DNA from: Bacillota bacterium
Lineage (GTDB): Bacteria; Bacillota; Dehalobacteriia; UBA4068; UBA4997
NCBI GenBank assembly: GCA_021769035.1
Contig: JAETTP010000001.1
Coordinates: forward strand, 35,408 to 99,407
DNA: 64,000 bases
Direction of reading: 5' to 3'
Under the pieces are notes generated by a model. The model was not told the origin of the DNA and made no database searches. It saw only the letters and a program-made list of their open reading frames with translations. Below are positions 56,113-64,000 of this stretch, piece after piece. The translations under genes were made by a program, and so were the position numbers. Every line of letters begins with the position of its first letter. The stretch's first letter is position 1.

Positions 56113-57477
56113 ATGGAGCAAATAACAGCTGCCGATTTGGCAAAGCTGCATTGGTTTGCAGTGCCGGACGGCTTTTTGCTTTTGGACATAAACAGCGGCT
56201 CCGTGCTGCGTATTGACGAAGCCACCGCCGCTTGCTTGGACAAGCTACAAAACGGCGAGGCTGTGGCCGAGGGCAGCGCCGAGGCGGAAATTTTGGCGGA
56301 GCTGGCCCAGCTGCGGGCTGACGGCCTGCTTTTTACAGAGGACGCCTACCAGGATAAATATCAGCCGCCGGCGCCGGTGTTGAAATCCCTGTGCTTGAAC
56401 GTTTCCCACGACTGCGATTTGCGCTGTCGCTACTGTTTTGCTTCCACCGGCAGCTTTGGCGGCAAACGGGCCCGCATGAGTTTTGAGGTGGGCGCGGCGG
56501 CTCTGGATTATCTGCTGGAACATTCCGGCAGCCGTAAATTTTTGGAAGTGGATTTTTTTGGCGGCGAACCGCTTTTGAATATCGACGTGGTAAAACGGCT
56601 GGTGGCTTACGGCCGGAAGCGGGAAAAGTATTTTGGCAAAACCCTGCGCTTCACCTTTACCACCAACTGCGTGGGCCTGACCCCGGAAATTTCCGCTTGG
56701 GCAGAGGAAAATAATATCAGCGTGGTTTTAAGCCACGACGGCCGGCCGGAAATGCACGACCGGCAGCGGGTTTTTCCAAATGGCAAGGGCAGCTATGAAA
56801 TTGTAACGGAGCGGATTAAGCAGTTTTTGGCCCAAAACAGCCGGGGCAACGCCATTGTGCGCGGCACCTATACGGCTTTTAATAAGGATTTTACAGAGGA
56901 TATTAAGCATTGGCTGGATTTGGGCTTTCCTCGGCTTTCTATGGAGCCGGCGGTGGAGCTGCCGGACGGCCCCGGCAGTGAGCGCTGCCTGCGGGAGGAG
57001 GATTTGCCGGCCCTGCGGCAGGAATATTGGCGCTTGGCCGATTTGTTCCAGCAGCGGCGCGAGGAGGGCCGGCCCTTTGAATTTTTCCATTTTAAACTGG
57101 ATTTGCGGCATGGCCCCTGCCTGCCTAAGCGGCTGACCGGCTGCGGTGCGGGCTATGAATATCTGGTGGTGACGCCGGAGGGGGATTTTTACCCTTGTCA
57201 TCAGTTTGTCGGCCGGGAGGGCTTCCGTCTGGGCAGCCTCAGCGAGGGTATCACCGAGGCCGGACGAGAGCTTGGCGAGCAATTCCGCCAGGCCCACGTT
57301 TACAACAAGCCCAAATGTCGGGCCTGTTGGGCGCGCTTTTTCTGTAGCGGCGGCTGCCACGCCAACGCGGAGCTTTTTCATCACGATATTTTGCAGCCTT
57401 ATGAATTGGGTTGTTCAATCAGTCAAATGCGCCTGGAGTGTGCGATTTGGCTGGCTGTTAAGGAGGTTGAAGCATGA
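56113..57477 (+). CDS. radical SAM/SPASM-domain SCIFF maturase (thioether-forming)
   Basis: CDLRCRYC radical SAM cluster motif. C-terminal SPASM Cys clusters (CGAG...CHQF...CRAC...CSGGCHA). Confidence 0.85.
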   Translation: MEQITAADLAKLHWFAVPDGFLLLDINSGSVLRIDEATAACLDKLQNGEAVAEGSAEAEILAELAQLRADGLLFTEDAYQDKYQPPAPVLKSLCLNVSHDCDLRCRYCFASTGSFGGKRARMSFEVGAAALDYLLEHSGSRKFLEVDFFGGEPLLNIDVVKRLVAYGRKREKYFGKTLRFTFTTNCVGLTPEISAWAEENNISVVLSHDGRPEMHDRQRVFPNGKGSYEIVTERIKQFLAQNSRGNAIVRGTYTAFNKDFTEDIKHWLDLGFPRLSMEPAVELPDGPGSERCLREEDLPALRQEYWRLADLFQQRREEGRPFEFFHFKLDLRHGPCLPKRLTGCGAGYEYLVVTPEGDFYPCHQFVGREGFRLGSLSEGITEAGRELGEQFRQAHVYNKPKCRACWARFFCSGGCHANAELFHHDILQPYELGCSISQMRLECAIWLAVKEVEA

Positions 57478-59183
57478 AGCTGAACGGTGCAAGGATGGTT
57501 GTGGAGGCCATCAAAGCGGAGGGTATCAAAACAATTTTTGGTTATCCGGGCGGCCAGGCGCTGCCCCTTTACGATGCGATTTATGATAGTGGGCTGCGCC
57601 ACGTGCTGACCCGGCACGAGCAAGGCGCGGTGCACGCGGCGGACGGTTTTGCCCGGCGTAGTGGGCAGGTGGGGGTTTGCGTTTCCACCAGCGGGCCTGG
57701 CGCTACCAATTTAGTAACCGGTATTGCCACGGCTAATATGGATTCCATTCCGCTGGTCTGCATTACCTGCCAGGTGACGCGGCCGGCTATTGGTAAGGAT
57801 TCCTTTCAGGAAGCGGATATGATAGGCATTACCACGCCGATTACCAAGCATAATTTTTTGGTGCAGGACGTACAGGATTTGCCGCTGATTTTGAAGAAAG
57901 CTTTTCATATTGCCCGCACCGGCCGGCCGGGCCCGGTGGTGGTGGATATTCCTAAAGATGTTTTGACAGACGAGGGCGAATGGGCCTATCCCGATAATCT
58001 CGACAATTTAAAATGGAGCTATCGGCCTAAAAGTGAGGGTGAAACCGACGATTTGCAGGCTATCTGCGACGCGCTGGGCCGTAGCCATAGCCCGGTGCTG
58101 TTTGTGGGCGGCGGTTTGGTTAGCAGTAACGCTGCGCCTGAGCTGGCCCGTTTTGTGGAGCTGACGGGGATTCCGCTCTGCACCAGTTTGATGGGCCTTT
58201 CCGCTTATCCGACGGACGCGCCGCTGCATTTGGGTATGCCCGGTATGCACGGCACCTATGCGGCTAATATGGCCATTCAGCATGCGGATTTGCTGCTGGG
58301 CCTGGGCGTGCGCTTTGACGACCGGGTGACCGGCAGCCTGCAAACGTTTGCGCCGGGGGCTCGGATTGTTCATCTGGATATTGATCCGGCGGAGTTTAAC
58401 AAAAACGTGCGGGTGGATTGGCGCTTGCAGGGCGATTTGAAGTGGTCGTTGGGCTTGCTGATTGAGCAGGCCGAGGCCGGCGCCTTTGCGCCTAATATTG
58501 CCGACTGGCAGGAAAGCTGCCGCCGCTGGAAAGCGGAGCGGCCTTTGACCTATCAAAATTCGACAGAGGTTATCAAGCCAGAGGCCGCCATTGAAGCTTT
58601 ATATCAGTTGACTAAAGGCGAGGCGGTTATCTGCACCGACGTGGGCCAGCACCAGATGTGGACGGCGCAGTATATGGGCTTTAAGCACCCGCGCACCTTT
58701 TTAACCAGCGGCGGCCTGGGCACCATGGGCTACGGCTTGCCGGCGGCTTTGGGCGCGGCCATTGTGGAGGAGGCTGCGGAAACGCCGCGCGAGGTTTGGC
58801 TGGTTACCAGCGACGGTAGCATTATGATGAATTGCCAGGAGCTGGCTACGCTGGCCGAGGAGGGCCTGCCGGTGAAGGTGTTGGTGCTGAACAACCGCGG
58901 CCTGGGTATGGTGCGGCAATGGCAACGAATGTTTTACGAGCGGCGAATGTCGGCTTCTAAACACGAATTTAAGCTGAGCTTTGCCAGGCTGGGCGAGGTT
59001 ATGGGCTGCTTGGGCCTGACTGTGGAGAAGCCGGAGCAGCTGCCGGCGGCTTTGCAGCAGGCACGGGATTACGCCGGACCGGTGGTGTTGGAGGTTATGG
59101 TGGACGAGGCCGAGGACGTTATGCCGATGGTGGCTCCCGGAAAGTCCCTTTCAGATATGGTTTTTGAAGGAGGCGATTGCTGA
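57474..59183 (+). CDS. ilvB: acetolactate synthase large subunit
   Basis: ThDP-binding GDG...N motif, FAD domain. Overlapping stop/start with small subunit. Confidence 0.9.
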   Translation: MKLNGARMVVEAIKAEGIKTIFGYPGGQALPLYDAIYDSGLRHVLTRHEQGAVHAADGFARRSGQVGVCVSTSGPGATNLVTGIATANMDSIPLVCITCQVTRPAIGKDSFQEADMIGITTPITKHNFLVQDVQDLPLILKKAFHIARTGRPGPVVVDIPKDVLTDEGEWAYPDNLDNLKWSYRPKSEGETDDLQAICDALGRSHSPVLFVGGGLVSSNAAPELARFVELTGIPLCTSLMGLSAYPTDAPLHLGMPGMHGTYAANMAIQHADLLLGLGVRFDDRVTGSLQTFAPGARIVHLDIDPAEFNKNVRVDWRLQGDLKWSLGLLIEQAEAGAFAPNIADWQESCRRWKAERPLTYQNSTEVIKPEAAIEALYQLTKGEAVICTDVGQHQMWTAQYMGFKHPRTFLTSGGLGTMGYGLPAALGAAIVEEAAETPREVWLVTSDGSIMMNCQELATLAEEGLPVKVLVLNNRGLGMVRQWQRMFYERRMSASKHEFKLSFARLGEVMGCLGLTVEKPEQLPAALQQARDYAGPVVLEVMVDEAEDVMPMVAPGKSLSDMVFEGGDC

Positions 59184-59698
59184 TGGAAAAGCGTGTGAAG
59201 AGAAAGCAGTTGGCGGTGTTGGTTGAGGATAGCCCTGGCGTTTTGACCCATGTTTCCGGCTTGATTTCCCGCCGCGGTTACAATATCGAGTCTATTGCCG
59301 CCTCCAAAACCGAAAAGGATAACGTCACCCGTATATCTTTGGTGGTGCAGGTGACAGACGATTGGCAGCTGGAGCAGATTATGGCCCAGATTGAAAAGCT
59401 AGTGCAGGTTTATCGAGTGGTTCACCTTTCCAAAGCCGGTTCTATGAGCAGGGAATTGGCTCTGGTGAAAATTAAGTCCTCTGATGAAATGCGTCAGGAG
59501 ATTATGAGCGTGGTGGAGGTTTTCCACGGCCATATTATTGATTTCAACGCGGTTTCGATGGTTATTGAGGTAACAAATGACAGCCGCAAAATAGATTCTT
59601 TTTGCGATATTATGCAAAAATACGGGATTATTGAGATTATCCGTACCGGTGAGATTTCTCTTTCGGTTGAGCCAATCAGCTTTACGGAGTTTATTTGA
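59183..59698 (+). CDS. ilvN: acetolactate synthase small (regulatory) subunit
   Basis: ACT domain LAVLVEDSPGVLTHVSGLISRRGYNIESI. Confidence 0.85.
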   Translation: MEKRVKRKQLAVLVEDSPGVLTHVSGLISRRGYNIESIAASKTEKDNVTRISLVVQVTDDWQLEQIMAQIEKLVQVYRVVHLSKAGSMSRELALVKIKSSDEMRQEIMSVVEVFHGHIIDFNAVSMVIEVTNDSRKIDSFCDIMQKYGIIEIIRTGEISLSVEPISFTEFI

Positions 59699-59802
59699 TT
59701 GGGAGCAAGAAAGCAGCAGAAATAATTGGCATGGTTTGGCAATATTATTAGATAATCTGTAAGCGATTATCGCTTGGTTATTTTATAATATACGAAAGGA
59801 AA

Positions 59803-60681
59803 ATGGCAGAACTAATTAACATAGTCTGTCAATATTATAAAAAGATGAATTATACGCAAGGACATGTGGATTTGATTAAGGCTCCGGATGACCTTAAAGG
59901 TTTGCTGGAGCTGCGCAAAAAGCTGAATTTAACAATTCCTATTGGCCAGCTGAAAGAGATTGTTAAAGAGCTACCTTGCACCATAATCGACAAAATGACC
60001 GACGTGCAGTTTGTGCAGCTGCTGATGACTAGCGGCTTGCAGGGTTATCTGCTGTTTGTTGGTGATAAAAAGGTGGACACCAGCTTTGCGGCTTGGTGCG
60101 CGCATAAGGGAGCGGCGGAAATGCGGGAGCAGGGCGAAACTGTGCTGGAACCGCAGATTGCCGACCCGCGGCCATTTTATCGGCTTGCTCGGCTGCTTTC
60201 CGATAATGACGCAACGGTGATGGAGGAAATTCGTTTTGCCGGCGGACAGGCTGCGGCGGAATATTTTGCAGCCCGCAGAGAGCAGTTTATGGAGCGGGGA
60301 ATTCAGACGATGACCCAGTTGGCTGCTTTCAGCAGTGGTGAGATTTGGCTGCTTGGTCTGGTGGACGTGTTGATTAAGCAGCATTATGCTTGCGAACTGG
60401 ATTGGAAAGAGCCGATTGAGGAGTTTGCCGGAATGGTTTCCCAGCTGTTTGTGGTGCGAACGGAGGGCTTGCCGGTGAATAATTTTGGTCTGTTTGAGGA
60501 TGACGACGTTGAAATTTGGATTGAGCGGGTTAATCAGGCCTGGCGGCCGTTGGACTTTGTTCTGCTGACTATTGATATAGACAGTGATTCATACGTGCTG
60601 GCGCCGGCGCGCAGGCAATTTTTAACGGATATACAGGAAATTGCGCTGGAAGCCGGTATTAAAGTTTCGGTGTGTGGATAG
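59803..60681 (+). CDS. hypothetical protein
   Basis: 292-aa ORF followed by hairpin terminator 60706-60750. Confidence 0.5.
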   Translation: MAELINIVCQYYKKMNYTQGHVDLIKAPDDLKGLLELRKKLNLTIPIGQLKEIVKELPCTIIDKMTDVQFVQLLMTSGLQGYLLFVGDKKVDTSFAAWCAHKGAAEMREQGETVLEPQIADPRPFYRLARLLSDNDATVMEEIRFAGGQAAAEYFAARREQFMERGIQTMTQLAAFSSGEIWLLGLVDVLIKQHYACELDWKEPIEEFAGMVSQLFVVRTEGLPVNNFGLFEDDDVEIWIERVNQAWRPLDFVLLTIDIDSDSYVLAPARRQFLTDIQEIALEAGIKVSVCG

Positions 60682-60811
60682 ATTTATTTTTGAGTATTAA
60701 TATTAAAAGGGCGGCGTTCTGTGTAAAGAATGCCGCCTTAATTGTTTTTTTGAAAAATGGGTGTCCGTTTTCTATTTAAAAGTTGTGTATATAGGTGAAA
60801 GGAGGATTTGT

Positions 60812-61372
60812 ATGGAGGACAATGAGATTATTCAGCTATATTGGGAACGCAATGATTTGGCTATTAAAGCTACCGCAGATAAATACGGTCATTATTGCAG
60901 AACCATTGCCAAAAATATTCTGAATAATGACGAGGACGCGGAGGAATGCGTAAACGATACTTACTTAAATGCTTGGAACGCTATGCCAACGCATTGGCCG
61001 GAGCAATTAGCGACGTTTCTTGGTAAAATTACACGTAACTTGTCTTTTAATGAGTATAAGCGTGTTCATAGCCAAAAAAGAGGCGGCGGTGAAATGGCGC
61101 TGGTTTTAGATGAATTGGCCGATTGTGTGGCTGATAGCGACGATGTGGAGCAGCTGATTGACCGGCAGGAACTGATAAAGGCAATTAATCTGTTTGTAAA
61201 AAATCTTGTCGCAGACAAACAGAAGATATTTGTTCGCCGTTACTGGTATGCCGATTCGGTTTCTGCTATTGCTAAAGACGGAGGTATGCTGCCGGGAACC
61301 GTATCAAAGAGGCTGGCGCGAATGCGAAAACAGTTAAAAGCATATTTGACGGAAAGGGGCTTTGAGTTATGA
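60812..61372 (+). CDS. sigma-70 family (ECF-like) sigma factor
   Basis: Region 2 (IIQLYWERNDLAIKATADKY) and region 4 HTH (SVSAIAKDGGMLPGTVSKRLARMRKQL). GGAGGA RBS before ATG 60812. Confidence 0.75.
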   Translation: MEDNEIIQLYWERNDLAIKATADKYGHYCRTIAKNILNNDEDAEECVNDTYLNAWNAMPTHWPEQLATFLGKITRNLSFNEYKRVHSQKRGGGEMALVLDELADCVADSDDVEQLIDRQELIKAINLFVKNLVADKQKIFVRRYWYADSVSAIAKDGGMLPGTVSKRLARMRKQLKAYLTERGFEL

Positions 61373-61830
61373 GAAAAGAGGATTTTTTTGAAGTCCTGGG
61401 CGAATTGGACGACGATGTTGTGAAAGGAGCGGCTGCACCAATGAGGCGGCAGATTAATTGGCGGGTTTGGGGGGCTATGGCGGCTTGTTTTGCTCTGGTG
61501 GCCGTTCTTAGTTTGGCTGTGCTGCAAAACGGCCTTGACCTGATTTCGGATGATGACGCTAATCCCCCTGGCGGTAATGTCAGCATAAATAATAACCCGT
61601 CCGGCGGCGGTAAGCTGGTTGTAAACTTTGAGGGCCGGGTTAGTGAAGCGGAGCAGGGCATGATTACTTTGGAAAACGGAAAGATTGTTAAGATTACCGA
61701 AGATACCAATATTTTCTTACCTGACGGCAGCGCCGGCCAGATTGCCGTGGGAGATTATATTCAGGGTTATGCAGAAAACCCGGAGAGCGATGAGATTAAG
61801 GCAATATCTATCTTGATTACACCGCTTTAA
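61369..61830 (+). CDS. single-TM membrane protein, putative anti-sigma factor
   Basis: Overlapping start with sigma gene. Cytoplasmic N-domain, one TM, extracellular domain. Confidence 0.5.
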   Translation: MRKEDFFEVLGELDDDVVKGAAAPMRRQINWRVWGAMAACFALVAVLSLAVLQNGLDLISDDDANPPGGNVSINNNPSGGGKLVVNFEGRVSEAEQGMITLENGKIVKITEDTNIFLPDGSAGQIAVGDYIQGYAENPESDEIKAISILITPL

Positions 61831-61908
61831 TTTGTAAATGAGTTTTTGTAATATTAAAAGGGCGACGTTTCTGACCGTATGGAATGAGAAATGTCGCCCT
61901 TAGGTTTT

Positions 61909-62766
61909 TTAATGTTTAATATTCTGTTCCTGTAATTTGTTTATTTCCGCGATGGATAAGCCGGATATTTTGGAAATTTCCTCAATATCGTATTTAGCTA
62001 AAAGAAGCATACTTTTGGCAATAGCCGTCATTGTTTCCAAACGGCCCTCTTGTTGGCCAATTTTTCGGCCCTCTTGCTGGCCTTGTTGCCAGCCTTTTTG
62101 CATTCCTTCTTGAATGCCTTCTTGCCAGAATTTTTCCAAAGCTTGATTCATATCTTTAACCCCCTCTTTACTTTCCTTAAAGAAGCTTATTCTTTTTGCC
62201 AGTGTGCTATAATACATTTCTGCCGGATTTGAGCAAGAAAAATCATGCATTAATTTACCTAGCGGCGTATCATCCTGCCAGGAACCATTAACGTAAATAA
62301 TATGGGATCCGTCGCCAAAGTTACTATTAGTATCAATAATATAGCGTTCAATTCGGTAGATTGGCCGGCCGGCTTTCAAAACGTCGTGTTCGGTTATAAA
62401 TATTACATAAGTTTCCGGTAAGTTGCTAAAATCGTCGCCCTTAGGCAACAGGCTTGCGTCTAACATACTGCTATTGTAACGGGCTCTTTGCGGCGCTGCA
62501 CCGCTATCGGAGCGTTGGATTTCAATGTTATATTTTTTACCCTGACTATCTGTGGCCAGAATATCCAGCTGAACGGAGCGGTTTAACAAATTGGTCATAA
62601 AAACTTGCGTATTTACATTTGTGACCTGTAAATCTGGTTTTTCCAACACAATACGCAGCACCAACTCTGCGCATTCAAGGTTATTTTCAAAGCATTTGCT
62701 CAGTAAAATATCGTCCATAAGGCGCAGACTTTGCAGCAGTTCCCGTCTTTTTTCAGTCATTTCCAA
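61909..62766 (-). CDS. Rpn/YhgA-like PD-(D/E)XK nuclease family protein
   Basis: N-terminal PD-(D/E)XK core. C-terminal QEG/QQG repeat helix typical of the family. Confidence 0.7.
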   Translation of the reverse strand: MEMTEKRRELLQSLRLMDDILLSKCFENNLECAELVLRIVLEKPDLQVTNVNTQVFMTNLLNRSVQLDILATDSQGKKYNIEIQRSDSGAAPQRARYNSSMLDASLLPKGDDFSNLPETYVIFITEHDVLKAGRPIYRIERYIIDTNSNFGDGSHIIYVNGSWQDDTPLGKLMHDFSCSNPAEMYYSTLAKRISFFKESKEGVKDMNQALEKFWQEGIQEGMQKGWQQGQQEGRKIGQQEGRLETMTAIAKSMLLLAKYDIEEISKISGLSIAEINKLQEQNIKH

Positions 62767-62947
62767 AATTTCATCACCTATTTATATAATAGCATAAATA
62801 CTTACTTTTTGCAATAGCTGACTTATTGCATTTTCTTCATATAAATGGTATAATTTAAGAACGATTATAACAGCTTTATTTGGAAAAGGTTGTTATGGTT
62901 AAAAATGTGTTTCACGTGAAACGTTTTTTTTGAGAGAGGGTTAGATT

Positions 62948-64000
62948 TTGGCAGGCTTGAGTGATAAAAATGTAAATGATTGTTTTGTGGCTGGAGAATA
63001 TGATGTGGTGGTGATTGGTGCTGGCCATGCCGGCTGCGAGGCTGCCTTGGCGGCGGCTCGTTTGGGCGTCAGCACTTTGTTGATTACGCTTTCTATGGAT
63101 AGCGTGGCTTTGGCGCCCTGCAACCCCTCAATCGGCGGACCGGCAAAGGGTGTGATTGTGCGGGAGGTTGACGCAATGGGTGGCGCGATGGGCAAAATAA
63201 CTGACCTGACGCAAATCCAAATCCGCTTGCTGAACACCAGTAAAGGGGCGGCCGTGCAGGCTTTACGGGCCCAGATTGATAAAAAGGCTTATCAGCAAAC
63301 CATGCTGGCTTATTTGCAGGCCCAGCCGGGACTGGATATTAAACAGGGCGAGGCAGTTGATATTCTGACTAAGCCAGGGCCGGAGCGGCCTTTAGTTTGC
63401 GGTGTTCGTTTGCGAACGGGTGCAACCTATCGCTGCCGCCGTTTGGTTATTACCAGCGGCACTTATATGAAAGGCAGTGTGATTATGGGCAGCTGCGCTT
63501 ATCCCTCCGGGCCGGCTGGTTATCCGCCCTCCGTTTATCTATCCGACAGTTTACGTGCTCTTGGTTTTGAGTTGGGGCGTTTTAAGACTGGCACCCCAGC
63601 GCGTGTGGATAAAAACACCCTGGATTTTAGCCGTATGGAGGAGCAGCCCGGAGATACTAGCGGTTTGCATTTTTCCTATCAGCCATTGCCGGCCGGTTTG
63701 CAGAGGCCGAGCATTTCCTGTTGGCTGACTTACACCAATCAGGCGACGCACGAGGCCATTTTGCAGAATATGCACCGCTGCCCACTTTATAGCGGTTTGA
63801 TTAAGGGTATTGGGCCGCGCTATTGTCCCTCGATTGAGGACAAGCTGCGCCGTTTTCCTGGCCGGGAACATCACCAGCTTTTTTTGGAGCCGGAGGGCTT
63901 AAACACAAATGAGTATTATGTGCAGGGAATGTCCACCAGTTTGCCCGAAGATGTTCAGTATGCTTTTATGCGTACTATTCCGGGCTTGGAGAAGGTGAAG
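62948..64000 (+). CDS. mnmG: tRNA uridine 5-carboxymethylaminomethyl modification enzyme MnmG, 3' truncated by window
   Basis: YDVVVIGAGHAGCEAA FAD motif, GPRYCPSIEDK motif. TTG start. Confidence 0.9.
   Translation, partial: MAGLSDKNVNDCFVAGEYDVVVIGAGHAGCEAALAAARLGVSTLLITLSMDSVALAPCNPSIGGPAKGVIVREVDAMGGAMGKITDLTQIQIRLLNTSKGAAVQALRAQIDKKAYQQTMLAYLQAQPGLDIKQGEAVDILTKPGPERPLVCGVRLRTGATYRCRRLVITSGTYMKGSVIMGSCAYPSGPAGYPPSVYLSDSLRALGFELGRFKTGTPARVDKNTLDFSRMEEQPGDTSGLHFSYQPLPAGLQRPSISCWLTYTNQATHEAILQNMHRCPLYSGLIKGIGPRYCPSIEDKLRRFPGREHHQLFLEPEGLNTNEYYVQGMSTSLPEDVQYAFMRTIPGLEKVK

Overview
This window looks like the replication-origin region of a roughly 55-60% GC Firmicute chromosome, probably a Clostridia member; the taxon is inferred from gene content only. 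The backbone on the minus strand is rpmH, rnpA, yidD, yidC, jag and mnmE, followed on the plus strand by dnaA, an oriC with DnaA boxes, dnaN, yaaA, recF and murI. ispF, ispD and yacL sit at the left edge and mnmG at the right edge. Housekeeping and accessory genes fill the rest: BceAB-like and amino-acid ABC transporters, a BceRS-like two-component system, dapF, ilvBN, a redox cluster, ECF sigma/anti-sigma pairs, three tRNAs and an aldo/keto reductase pseudogene. The most interesting content is non-coding and small-ORF structure that a six-frame ORF track cannot show.

1. There is a multi-copy family of 27-codon hydrophobic, Lys-tailed peptides at about 11.4 kb, 11.8 kb, 22.4 kb and 53.0 kb. 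Each has a long 5' UTR with an anti-SD/SD hairpin. Each converges on a ~90-nt antisense sRNA driven by a perfect TTGACA-17-TATAAT promoter, and the two transcripts share a bidirectional terminator. This is the bsrG/SR4 and txpA/RatA type I toxin-antitoxin architecture. Orphan or decayed copies sit at 8.9 kb and 53.3 kb.
2. An AT-rich island (51.35-53.5 kb) is inserted after murI where gyrBA would be expected. It holds three tandem modules, each made of a promoter, a ribbon-helix-helix (RHH) gene and a convergent sRNA, and it ends in a 108-aa orphan gene.
3. A SCIFF ranthipeptide precursor and its radical-SAM maturase are preceded by a 3.3-copy 111-bp tandem repeat. Each unit carries an extended -10 promoter and a 10-bp palindromic operator. 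Upstream, on the opposite strand, are Cys-rich (CGC-repeat) and acidic Gly-Leu-repeat proteins.
4. A conserved CGCTAAGTG motif is dispersed through the window and forms hairpins in the peptide 5' UTRs.

Every identification comes from reading the sequence (motifs, RBS, promoter and terminator geometry). No database searches were run, and the transcript ends are predictions.
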